Both the position numbers and the translations under genes were made by a program. A DNA stretch of 64,000 nt, from the NCBI GenBank assembly GCA_046758745.1, contig JBHIAV010000006.1:23468-87467 (forward strand), given 5' to 3'. This document shows positions 20,349 through 29,262 of this stretch, in pieces. Under the pieces are notes generated by a model, which made no database searches, was not told the DNA's origin, and saw nothing but the letters and a program-made list of their open reading frames with translations. Source of the stretch: Gemmatimonadota bacterium. GTDB taxonomy: Bacteria; Gemmatimonadota; Gemmatimonadetes; Palauibacterales; Palauibacteraceae. Position 1 is the stretch's first letter; each line of letters opens with the position of its first letter.

Positions 20349-21348
20349 CCCTCTTCCTCTCACTCTGGTCGTCCCCGGCCGCTTCCGCGAGACCGCGTAG
20401 GTGCGCGACGACATTGCGGCCGAGCTCAGGTGGATTGTAACCGCCCTCCAGCAGCGAAACGATACGCCCACCCGTGGTCCGGCGGGTCCGCCGCACCACC
20501 TCCAGGGTCAGGTGCCGGAAGTGCGACGCCTCCAGCGTGAACCCGCCGAGCGGGTCGTCCGCGGCCGCGTCGAAGCCGGCAGAGACGAGCACGAGGTCCG
20601 GCGCGAAGGAGCCGGCCGCTTCGTCGACGGCTTCCAGGAGGGCCCCGACGTACCGCTCCGGCGGAAGTCCGGGAGGCAGAGGGAGGTTCAGCGTCGTTCC
20701 CCAACCCTCGCCGCCGCCGCGCTCTTCCTCCATCCCGGTGCCGGGATAGAAGGGATGCTGGTGCATCGATAGGTAGTAGACGCTCGGGTCCTCGTAGAAG
20801 ATCTCCTGCGTTCCGTTCCCGTGGTGCACGTCCCAGTCAACGATCAGCACCCGCGTCGCGAGCCCCCTCACGATGGCATCTCGGGCCGCCACTGCCGCGC
20901 TGTTCACCACGCAGAAGCCCATGGCGCGATCGCGCGTGGCATGGTGGCCGGGCGGCCGCACCGCACAGAAGGCGGCGGTCAACCGGCCCGCGCACACGGC
21001 CTGCACCGCATCAACGACGCAGCCGGCCGCCGCGAGCGCCGCGTCCCACGAGGCAGCCGACACGACTGTGTCCGGATCCAGTCGGAGCACCGCATCCTCG
21101 CGCCGCGCGCGCTCGACCGTTGCCCGCACCCGTTCCAGGTAATCGCCGTCGTGCACCGTCGCGAGGACGGCAGGAGCGATCGGCCGGCCCTGCACGGGCT
21201 GCACCGCTTCCGCCAGCTCCGGGAGAGCCGCCTCCACGGCCTGCATCACGGCGCGCAGCCGCCCCTGATGCTCCGGATGTCCCCACCCCGTGTCGTGCAG
21301 GCTGCAGCTCTCGTGGGTGTAAAGGCCGATCCTCGGCACCTGACTCAC
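20302..21348 (-). CDS. histone deacetylase family protein (AcuC/acetoin utilisation / acetylpolyamine amidohydrolase-like)
   Basis: HDAC motifs RPPGHHA, DWDVHHGNGTQ and SGFDAAADDPLGG. Confidence 0.8.
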   Translation of the reverse strand: MSQVPRIGLYTHESCSLHDTGWGHPEHQGRLRAVMQAVEAALPELAEAVQPVQGRPIAPAVLATVHDGDYLERVRATVERARREDAVLRLDPDTVVSAASWDAALAAAGCVVDAVQAVCAGRLTAAFCAVRPPGHHATRDRAMGFCVVNSAAVAARDAIVRGLATRVLIVDWDVHHGNGTQEIFYEDPSVYYLSMHQHPFYPGTGMEEERGGGEGWGTTLNLPLPPGLPPERYVGALLEAVDEAAGSFAPDLVLVSAGFDAAADDPLGGFTLEASHFRHLTLEVVRRTRRTTGGRIVSLLEGGYNPPELGRNVVAHLRGLAEAAGDDQSERKRGEGQTRRGFSERGGA

Positions 21349-21533
21349 CTCCGATCTGCTGGAGAAGGCGGCGGCGGCGAGCGCGAAGACCGCGGTTGAT
21401 CCGCTGCGGGCGGGCTCCTAGCTTCCCCGTGGGTCGCTCCCCCCGGAGAACAGGAAGGCACAATCTACATCGCGAACCCGCTCGGTCCACGGCCGGCCAT
21501 CCGCGCCGGCGGCTGCGCCACTCGCGGGAGTAA

Positions 21534-22547
21534 ATGAGGCTCGGCCGCGCGCTCCTGCCGGCCTGTGCAGCAGCGTCGCTCCTCAGCGCCGCGTGCAAGG
21601 TCGAGTTCGGTGGCGCGAGCTTCGCCCTCGAGAACCCGGCGCCGCCACCGGCGCCGACTCCCGAGGCCCCTGCCGAGGACACGGCCGCCGCGCCGATTCC
21701 ACTCCCCGAAGGCCCGCTGCTGTACGTCGCGCGATTCGCGACGGCCGGCGATCGCGCGCTGGTGCTGCCGATCGTGCGCGTGACGACCGATGGGATCGCC
21801 GACCTGGAGCTTCCCGGCGCCCTCCCGGCCGACTTCCGGGCGCGCTTCGACTCGGCCTTCCTCCGCCCGGGGGCCGAGCTGGCCCTTCATGCCGGCGGAG
21901 AGCGGATCGGCTCGCTCGTCCTCGCCGAACGCCGGATCATCCTGGGGGACGGCTGCCCGTCCGCAGCGGAAGCCCATGTCCTCGTGCCTCCCGGGGGACG
22001 CGCTCCGAGCTTCGGACTCGCCGTTCCCCTGGACGTTGCCGCCGCGCCGCCGGTCCGCTTCGCACCGAGCGAGCCGGACAGGCGAATGCTCAGGTATGCC
22101 CCCATCCTCGCGGAGAGACTGCTCCGCGAGGCGGGCGAGCGGAGGCCCTTCCTGGCGCGCAGGGTCCGGCTCGCTACCGTGCGCTTCCAGAGAGACGAAG
22201 CGCCCGGGATCGCCGCCACCTACCTGATCGGAGACACGCTTGCCCCCGTGGCGCCCGCCGGCGAGGCGGTGTCGCTCTTCTACCTCGCTCGCTTCGAGCC
22301 GGCACGCGGCTACGTGCCGGCATGGTCGATCGTGCGACGTTACACCTCACCCGCCGAAAAAGAGGCCTATGCCTTCCTCGACTGGGTCGCGCTGCCGTCA
22401 GGTCGCATCGACTTCCTCACGCTGTTCAATGGCGCGGCGCGGCGGCTGGCGGCGAGCGCGGCATCGGTGGGGGAGCGGCGGATCGACTGGAGGGAGCCTG
22501 CCGGATGCCCGTCCCCGCAGCTGATGAAGGGAGCGCTGGGGGGATAG
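21534..22547 (+). CDS. hypothetical lipoprotein
   Basis: Signal peptide with lipobox LLSAAC. 337 aa. No family recognised. Confidence 0.5.
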   Translation: MRLGRALLPACAAASLLSAACKVEFGGASFALENPAPPPAPTPEAPAEDTAAAPIPLPEGPLLYVARFATAGDRALVLPIVRVTTDGIADLELPGALPADFRARFDSAFLRPGAELALHAGGERIGSLVLAERRIILGDGCPSAAEAHVLVPPGGRAPSFGLAVPLDVAAAPPVRFAPSEPDRRMLRYAPILAERLLREAGERRPFLARRVRLATVRFQRDEAPGIAATYLIGDTLAPVAPAGEAVSLFYLARFEPARGYVPAWSIVRRYTSPAEKEAYAFLDWVALPSGRIDFLTLFNGAARRLAASAASVGERRIDWREPAGCPSPQLMKGALGG

Positions 22548-22571
22548 ACGGCGGGTCGACCCTGCGGCGAG

Positions 22572-23462
22572 TCAGGCGGCGGCGAAGCTCCGCAGCACGC
22601 TACCCATCGGTCCTCGACGGAGCTCGCTGAGCGCCCGGTCGCGCAGCTGGCGAACGCGCTCGCGCGTCACGCCGAGCAGCTGTCCGATCTCCTCGAGCGT
22701 GTGCTCGTCCTCGCCCTGCAAGCCGTAGTACAGACGGATCACCCGCGCGTCCCGCGGTCGAAGCTCCTGCAGGGCGCGAGCGACGTGATCCTGAAGGAGT
22801 CGGGCTTCGAGCGATTCTTCGACGCTCGTCTCGTCGACCAGGAATCGCTGGTGCAGCTCGTTGTCATCCGTACCGCCGACCGGCGCATCGAGCCGCACCT
22901 CGGCCACATTGAGGGCGAGGAGCATCTCGACCGTGAGCACATCCAGTCCAGACACCTCCGCCATCTCGCGCGGCGTGGGATCCCGGCGCAGCGATTGCTT
23001 GAGTTCCTCGCGCACGCGCAGCACGCGCCCCAGCTCGGTAGCCCGATTGAGGGGAAGGCGTACCGACCGCCCCTGCTTCGCAAGCGCAGCGAGAATCGCT
23101 TGCCGTATCCACCATACGGCGTAGCTGATGAACTTCACGCCCTGATCCGGATCGAATTTCTGCGCCGCGGTTACGAGGCCTACGTTCCCCTCCTGGATGA
23201 GGTCGGCGAACGCCATCCCGCGATTCTGATATCTCTTGGCGACCGAGATGACGAAGCGGAGGTTCGAGCGGACGAGTGTCTCCAGCGCCTTCCCATCGCC
23301 CGACCGGGCGAGGCGCGCGATGCGATCTTCCTGGTCGGGATCCAGGAGGGGATAGCGGCTCAGGTCATCGAGATACAGGTCTATAGCGCTCGGGCTGTCC
23401 TGCACGAGCGCCGGGGTCCGGCTTCCTCTACCATCAAGCGGCATTGTGGACGCGGAACTCAC
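22572..23462 (-). CDS. RNA polymerase sigma factor, sigma-70 family (RpoD-like regions 2-4)
   Basis: Region 2 (DLIQEGNVGLVTAAQKFDP, YAVWWIRQAI), region 3 and region 4 (EEIGQLLGVTRERVRQL). Confidence 0.85.
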   Translation of the reverse strand: MSSASTMPLDGRGSRTPALVQDSPSAIDLYLDDLSRYPLLDPDQEDRIARLARSGDGKALETLVRSNLRFVISVAKRYQNRGMAFADLIQEGNVGLVTAAQKFDPDQGVKFISYAVWWIRQAILAALAKQGRSVRLPLNRATELGRVLRVREELKQSLRRDPTPREMAEVSGLDVLTVEMLLALNVAEVRLDAPVGGTDDNELHQRFLVDETSVEESLEARLLQDHVARALQELRPRDARVIRLYYGLQGEDEHTLEEIGQLLGVTRERVRQLRDRALSELRRGPMGSVLRSFAAA

Positions 23463-23815
23463 TTCCGAACCAGGTGTCGCCGTCCGGTCGCGCCTCCCGC
23501 CGGTCCCCGAGCACGGTCGCCGGACGCCGCTGCGCGATAATAGGACCCGCTTCGGAACGCGTCAATGAGTTTCGTCGACCGATTATCGTTATCCGCTCGC
23601 GCCCATCTCTCCGTGGGCTCCGACGGTTGTGCCGACCAGCTCCCGGCCCTCGAGCCTGTCTTGCCCGTGGCCGGATTCCGGCGGGCCTGACGGTCACAGC
23701 GGGGCCGCCGAACGGCTTGTCGGCCGGGCTCTTCACGGGTAGATAACGTCGGTCGACGCGGTTCCCCGTCCGCGCGGCGTCGAGAGGGACCTCGCCGGGC
23801 CAGACCGAGGAGGAG

Positions 23816-24565
23816 ATGGGGAAGATTCGTTGGACCCACGCCGCACTCAGCGACGTCGGGCGACTGCGCAGCGGAAACGAAGATGCCGTTTTCGCCGAAC
23901 CGAAGGCCGGCGTGTTCGTGGTCGCCGACGGCATGGGCGGACACGCGGCGGGAGAGGTGGCGAGTGCCATCGCCACCCGAGCCATAGGCGCTCGCCTTTG
24001 CTCGCTCTCCGCGACCTGCTCCCTTCAACAGGCCCGCGGATCCATACATGAGGCGTTCGTGGATGCCGGGGACCAGATCGTTCAAGAAGCGCGCGAGAAC
24101 CCGGCCCACGAGGGCATGGGAACGACCGCCACCGTTCTCGTGCTCGGACCCGAGGACCGGTACGTGGTGGGACACATAGGGGACAGCCGGGGCTATCTGT
24201 TCCGGGATGGAGAGCTGCGCCAGATCACCCGCGACCACTCGTGGGTCCAGGAGCAGGTGGACCGCGGCGCGATCAGCCGTGAGCAGGCGCGTTTCCATCC
24301 GCAGTCGAACATCATAACGAGAGCGCTCGGCACCGCAGAGATCCCGTGGCCGGACGTGTACGACGGCCAAGCCAAGCCCGGCGACATCTTCCTGGTGGCG
24401 AGCGACGGCCTCACCGACATGCTTCCGGAGGAGCGTATCGCGGAGATCCTGCGCTCCGGCCGGACACCGAAGGAGATGGCGGTGAAGCTGGTGGACGAAG
24501 CCAACCTGGCCGGCGGTATCGACAACATCACCGTTCTCGTGGTGGCCGTCGAAGAGGCCTCGTAG
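23816..24565 (+). CDS. PP2C-family Ser/Thr protein phosphatase
   Basis: Motifs VADGMGGHAAGEVAS, GTTATVL, GDSRGY and VASDGL. Confidence 0.85.
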   Translation: MGKIRWTHAALSDVGRLRSGNEDAVFAEPKAGVFVVADGMGGHAAGEVASAIATRAIGARLCSLSATCSLQQARGSIHEAFVDAGDQIVQEARENPAHEGMGTTATVLVLGPEDRYVVGHIGDSRGYLFRDGELRQITRDHSWVQEQVDRGAISREQARFHPQSNIITRALGTAEIPWPDVYDGQAKPGDIFLVASDGLTDMLPEERIAEILRSGRTPKEMAVKLVDEANLAGGIDNITVLVVAVEEAS

Positions 24566-24584
24566 GGCGGCCTGGCCCACCATC

Positions 24585-25913
24585 TCAGGAGAGTGGCCGA
24601 TCCTCATCCAGGCGGGCGGCCACGCCGGATGCGGAGTCCTCCAGCAGCTCAAGGATCGGTCGGGGGTCCTTGGGACTCATCGTCTCCAGGGCGAAGATTC
24701 GAAACACGCGGGTCGTATGGAGCAGGGACTGACTGAGCCGGGGAAGATCGATCAGCCCTTCCTCTCCAGTCGAGGTGAGTCGGCGGACCTCGCCGCGCCG
24801 ACGCACGAGCAGGAGGTGTAGCCGCAGCATGCGCGGGTCCGTCGGATAGTCCAGGATCACCGAGCCACCTGCGAGCCCCCACTCCCGTGCCAGCCGGTCC
24901 TCCAGCCGGCGCACCAGCTCGGGGTGGGTCTCCACCCAGGGCGCTCCCCCGCTCGGGAGGTCGTCACCGAACAGTTCCAGCACCCTCTTCGGGAGCCTGC
25001 GATCGACCAGCGCGGCGAGGAGCGCACGCAGAATCGGCGGCCCGGTCCCGTTCTCCAGCCTCCTCGCAAGGAGGTTCATCAGCTCCTCATCGGTGCGACC
25101 CGGGAGCTCCTCCCGCTCCAGCGCTCGGCACGCGAGGGCGCGCTCGACCAGCCGGCGGAAGGCGGCGGTGGCAGCCCGCACCGTGTGATGCCAGTACACG
25201 TTGCGGAACATCTGGTACTTCGAGAAGAGAAGCGACTCCAGCGCGCTGATTCCCTTCTCAGTGACGGCGACCTCCAGTGGGGCTTCGGGCACCTCGCGAG
25301 CCAGCGTAAGCGAATCCAGCAGCCGTTCCACGTCTACCGCTCCGTACGGGACGCCGCAGAACAAGCTGTCACGCCGCAGGTAGTCGATCTTGTCCAGATC
25401 GAGAGAGCCGGACACGAGCCCCTGCAGCGGATGCCGCGAACGGCCCCGGATCAGCTCGGCAATGCGGGAGGGGGCCTCCGGGTGCACACCCTCCAGAGCC
25501 GCTCGAATAGGCGGCGCTTCGAGGAATCGAGCCGCCACCTCTTCGTGGTGACCCGGGATCGACTCGGGCTCCAGCTCCTCCATGGCGTGCGAAAAGGCGT
25601 AGTGCCCGACGTCGTGCAGGAGCGCGGCGAGCCGCACGACCGGGATCTCTGCCCGCTCATCGGCGCTCAGCTTCTCCAGGGCACCCGACCGTCCGAGCGT
25701 CTCGATCGCGCGGCGCGTCAGGTGATAGACGCCAAGGGCGTGCAGGAAGCGGGTGTGGACCGCGCCGGGGTAGGCCAGGTGAGCGAAGCCGAGCTGCTTG
25801 ACGCGGCGAAGCCGCTGGAACTGTGGCGCGTCCACGATGGCGGCCGCAACGGGGTCGAGCGGGATGTTCTGCCATACCGGATCCCGGACGGTCCGGGCGC
25901 GGGGCGCCGCCAT
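24585..25913 (-). CDS. HD-domain phosphohydrolase, dGTPase-like (Dgt/SAMHD1 family)
   Basis: N-terminal DPVWQNIPLD...FQRLRRVKQLGFAHLAYPGAVHTRFLHALGV and the HD motif LLHDVGHYAFSH. Start placed at MAAPRARTV (codon 44 of the ORF). Confidence 0.8.
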   Translation of the reverse strand: MAAPRARTVRDPVWQNIPLDPVAAAIVDAPQFQRLRRVKQLGFAHLAYPGAVHTRFLHALGVYHLTRRAIETLGRSGALEKLSADERAEIPVVRLAALLHDVGHYAFSHAMEELEPESIPGHHEEVAARFLEAPPIRAALEGVHPEAPSRIAELIRGRSRHPLQGLVSGSLDLDKIDYLRRDSLFCGVPYGAVDVERLLDSLTLAREVPEAPLEVAVTEKGISALESLLFSKYQMFRNVYWHHTVRAATAAFRRLVERALACRALEREELPGRTDEELMNLLARRLENGTGPPILRALLAALVDRRLPKRVLELFGDDLPSGGAPWVETHPELVRRLEDRLAREWGLAGGSVILDYPTDPRMLRLHLLLVRRRGEVRRLTSTGEEGLIDLPRLSQSLLHTTRVFRIFALETMSPKDPRPILELLEDSASGVAARLDEDRPLS

Positions 25914-25917
25914 CCCC

Positions 25918-26518
25918 TCAGCCTCGAGCCGCCCGCTCGCCCCGGCGCTCTTCGGCGTCCACCACGCTGATCGCCGCCAGGTCCGCGATGTCCTGCCCGC
26001 CGGCGCCCCGCTGGAGAATGTGCGCCGGCTTCGCCATGCCAAGCAGGAGGGGCCCGATCGCCTCCGCGCCGCCCAGCCGGCTGAGGAGCTTGTAGGCGAG
26101 AAGCTTGTTGACCTGGTTCGGATAGTCGGATCGGCCGGTCGTCATGATCTCGTCGTCGCGCACCGTCTGCAGCTCCTGGGGCATGATCTCATCGTGCGGG
26201 TCGGCCATGGCGAAGAGGATGGGCCGTTCCGCCATCGAGGCCACCAGTGTCGCCGCTAAGCACGCCCGCTACGGAAAGGCCCACGAAAACGTCGGCACCG
26301 CGTATCACCTCCGCCAGGGTGCAGGCCTTCGTCTGCCGCGCGAATCGGGCCTTGTAGCGGTCCATCTCCTCCTTCCGTCCCTCGCACACCACGCCGAGGC
26401 GGTCCACCATTGTGATGTTGTCGAGCCGAACCGCCAAGCTGACGTAATGGTTCGCCGTGGCCACGGCGAGCCCTCCCGCGATGGCAAGCCCACGCCCGCC
26501 CCGCATGGGGCCGTCCAC
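25918..26518 (-). pseudogene. maeB: decayed maeB-like (NADP malic enzyme-PTA) remnant
   Basis: Two overlapping frames. One encodes a malic-enzyme NAD-binding fragment (DRYKARFA...ADVFVGLSVAGVL). The next encodes MAERPILFAMADP...TGRSDYPNQVN joined directly to a PTA-type C-terminus (GPLLLGMAKPAHILQRGAGGQDIADLAAISVVDAE). There is no ME N-terminal domain and no bulk PTA domain. Confidence 0.5.
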
Positions 26519-26643
26519 CCCCGTTGCGCCGCGGCAGCAGCGAGCTGCCCCGCGTACGGCATCGCCACCTGCTTGACACCCCCGAAGAGCGAGGAAACTT
26601 TCTGTCTCGGATTCGACTCCCGACCCCAGCGCCCGGAGGCGCC

Positions 26644-27042
26644 TTGGAGATCAAGCACGACCTCATGATCCATCTCGGGTACGGGAAGTACTGGCGCTCG
26701 GATGAGATCGTCGGTCTCCTCCCGATCGAAGAGGGGCGCGGTCCCGGCCGCCGCACCGAGGTGTACGTGGCCAGCCGCGAGGAGCCGATCGTGGCGTCGC
26801 GCTCCGAGCAGACGATCCTTCAGGACATGGCCTCCCTCCCCGACGAGCTCGCCCGCGCCACGGAGGCGCGCTCCCTGGTGGAGGACCTTCTCGAGGAGCT
26901 GAGCGAGCTCTCGCCCGTGCTCCGGAGGATGCTCCGCAACGAGGGAGGGATCGATGTGGAGTTCTGGACCCGCCGGTTTGGTCAGCTTCTGAACCCCGAG
27001 GAGCCGGTCTCGCCGCAGGAGGATCTCTTTCCGAGAGACTGA
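26644..27042 (+). CDS. RemA/DUF370-family protein
   Basis: TTG start with GGAGG 4 nt upstream. LEIKHDLMIHLGYG and GRRTEVYVASREEPIVASRSEQTILQDMA resemble B. subtilis RemA (IKLINIGFGN ... [29 protein letters not shown]). Confidence 0.5.
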   Translation: MEIKHDLMIHLGYGKYWRSDEIVGLLPIEEGRGPGRRTEVYVASREEPIVASRSEQTILQDMASLPDELARATEARSLVEDLLEELSELSPVLRRMLRNEGGIDVEFWTRRFGQLLNPEEPVSPQEDLFPRD

Positions 27043-27080
27043 GCCGGAACGCGCCTCCGCGCCCCCGGTACACATCTCCC

Positions 27081-29240
27081 GTGCAGACATTCCCGAATAT
27101 CCCGCCTCGACCGGCGCGGCGAATCGCCGGTCAGGGGCGGAAAGTCACTCTGCGCTCCCGGTGCGGGGGGCGCTCGCTGCCGATCCTGGCGTGGCTGCTC
27201 CTGGCAGGGTGGGCCGGGGCGCCGCATGCCGACGCCGCGGCCCAGGAGTGCCCGTCGGCGGCGGCCGAGACCGTGGAGGCGGGCTGGAACTCGGCGCGCG
27301 CGCTGGAGATCGCTGCCTCGGCCATCAGGGCGCGGCGCCATACCTTCGCCGACAGCTCCCTCCAAGCGTTCCGGGCGCGCGCGGAAGGCCACGTGCTCTT
27401 TCTGGCCGACCTCGGCGAGCTGGCCGGACAGCAGCTCATCCGAGCCGACCAGGTGGCGCTTCAGGTGGCCTGGCAGGCCCCGAGACGCTCGCTCCAGTGG
27501 ATCGTCGGGCGGCGGTACATGAACCGCTTTCCCTCGCGGATTCGCTATCACATCGACCACATCAGCCTCGTGCTCGACAACTTCAGCGACCGCATAGAGA
27601 TCGGAGAGGGCGAGGAGGTACGCGATGTCCTCCACCCTGCGGCGCCGGGGGCTCTGGACATGTACCAGTACCGCCTGGTGGACTCGTTGGGGATCGAGAT
27701 ACTGGGGGACCTCACCAGGGTGTACCGTCTGGAGCTGCGTCCGGCGTGCTCGGCCGCGGCCGGGGCGGTCGGCACGATGGACGTGGATCGCGATTCGCGT
27801 GCGATAGCCCGGCTCGCGCTGACCTTCACCCGGGCGTCGTATGTCGACCCCTCGGTCGACTACGTGAGCGTGGAGCTGGAGTCGGGGCACTTCGGCCGAC
27901 GGTACTGGCTCCCCGTCGAGCAGCGGGTGGAGATTCGAAGGCAGGTGAATTGGCTCGACTTCCCGCTCGGCGGGATCATCCGCACCCGGTTCCGTATCCT
28001 GGAGTACGACCTGAACCCGCAGATCCGGCCCCGCCTCCGCCCGGGCAACCGGGTGGCCAGTCTGCCCGACACCGTCGTGGAGCGCTTCGCGGGTTGGGAG
28101 ACCGGTCTGCTCGCCGGGCCTCTCGAGGAGCAGTGGAGGGACTCCGTCTCCCTGGAGGAGGTGCGGCGGCGCGCGCTCGCCATCGTGGGGGGGCGTTATC
28201 TCGGTGGCAACGCCCGCCTGCGCGGCTATCTCCCGGACATCTCGGGGGCCGTGCGTGGCCGACGCGCGGAGGGGCTCCTCCTGGGGGCCGGGCTCCGCTA
28301 CATGCTGGACGGACGGAGCGACCTGACCGGATGGGCCGGCTATCCCCTTGCCAGGGAGCGGCTGGAGTGGCGTCTCGCCTACCGTCGCTCGATCGGGCGA
28401 TCGGAAGTGCGGCTCGAAGGATTCGACGACCTTCACACCGATATCGGGCCGTTTGTGGCGGCGACCGGCGTCGTCTCGAGCTTCGGCCTCGTCATCCGGG
28501 GAGAGGACTTCGTGGACCCGTACTTCCGCGACGGCGCGACGCTGACGGTCACCCATCCCCTGTGGGGCGGGCGCGGATCCGCGGGGCTCTCGTACGAAGA
28601 GCACAGCTCGGGCTCGCTCGTGGCGGATCCGATCGGCGGCGTGGACCCCCGGCCGGTGAGGCCGATTCGGGACGGAGAGGGGCTCCGGCTGGAGCTCGGA
28701 TTCGACCGCTCTCTGGGGGAGGCGCTCTCCGCGGCATGGACGATCCGGGCGCGCGCGGAGCTCGCCGCGCCAGGCGACTTCGATTACACGAGGTGGATCG
28801 TCACGGCCAAGGCCCAGCCCCCGGCCAACGGGATGATGAGGGAGTGGGAGGCGACCCTGGGCGCCGGGATCGTCACCGGATCGCTCCCGCCGCAGCGCCT
28901 CCTCCTGCTCGGCGGGCGAGGCACGGTGCCCGGCTACCCATTCCGCGAGTGGGGAGGCAACCTCGCGGCCTTCATCAACGCGGGCATGGCGGTGGTGTCC
29001 TTCGATCCGTGGGTGCGGCTGCGCGCCATCGCCGCAGCAGGGTGGGCGGAGCTGACCTCGGCGGGGCGGGAGGCCGCAGCCGCGCTTGGGGTCGAGAGCT
29101 CCGGCGGGATCCGCGCCTCGGCCGGCGCCGGCGTGGGACTGCTGTACGACCTCCTGAGAGTCGAGGCGGCTCGCGGGCTGGACGACGGCACATGGGAGTG
29201 GATGGTCTCGGTGAACCCCACGCTCCGCCTACCCCTGTAG
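27081..29240 (+). CDS. putative outer-membrane protein with Omp85/surface-antigen-like C-terminal barrel
   Basis: Signal peptide (LPILAWLLLAGWAGAPHADAA). Normal composition across 719 aa. C-terminal LLLGGRGTVPGYPFREWGGN resembles the Omp85/ShlB motif. Confidence 0.45.
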   Translation: MQTFPNIPPRPARRIAGQGRKVTLRSRCGGRSLPILAWLLLAGWAGAPHADAAAQECPSAAAETVEAGWNSARALEIAASAIRARRHTFADSSLQAFRARAEGHVLFLADLGELAGQQLIRADQVALQVAWQAPRRSLQWIVGRRYMNRFPSRIRYHIDHISLVLDNFSDRIEIGEGEEVRDVLHPAAPGALDMYQYRLVDSLGIEILGDLTRVYRLELRPACSAAAGAVGTMDVDRDSRAIARLALTFTRASYVDPSVDYVSVELESGHFGRRYWLPVEQRVEIRRQVNWLDFPLGGIIRTRFRILEYDLNPQIRPRLRPGNRVASLPDTVVERFAGWETGLLAGPLEEQWRDSVSLEEVRRRALAIVGGRYLGGNARLRGYLPDISGAVRGRRAEGLLLGAGLRYMLDGRSDLTGWAGYPLARERLEWRLAYRRSIGRSEVRLEGFDDLHTDIGPFVAATGVVSSFGLVIRGEDFVDPYFRDGATLTVTHPLWGGRGSAGLSYEEHSSGSLVADPIGGVDPRPVRPIRDGEGLRLELGFDRSLGEALSAAWTIRARAELAAPGDFDYTRWIVTAKAQPPANGMMREWEATLGAGIVTGSLPPQRLLLLGGRGTVPGYPFREWGGNLAAFINAGMAVVSFDPWVRLRAIAAAGWAELTSAGREAAAALGVESSGGIRASAGAGVGLLYDLLRVEAARGLDDGTWEWMVSVNPTLRLPL

Positions 29241-29262
29241 CCGTCGACTCCGCGGAGACCGC

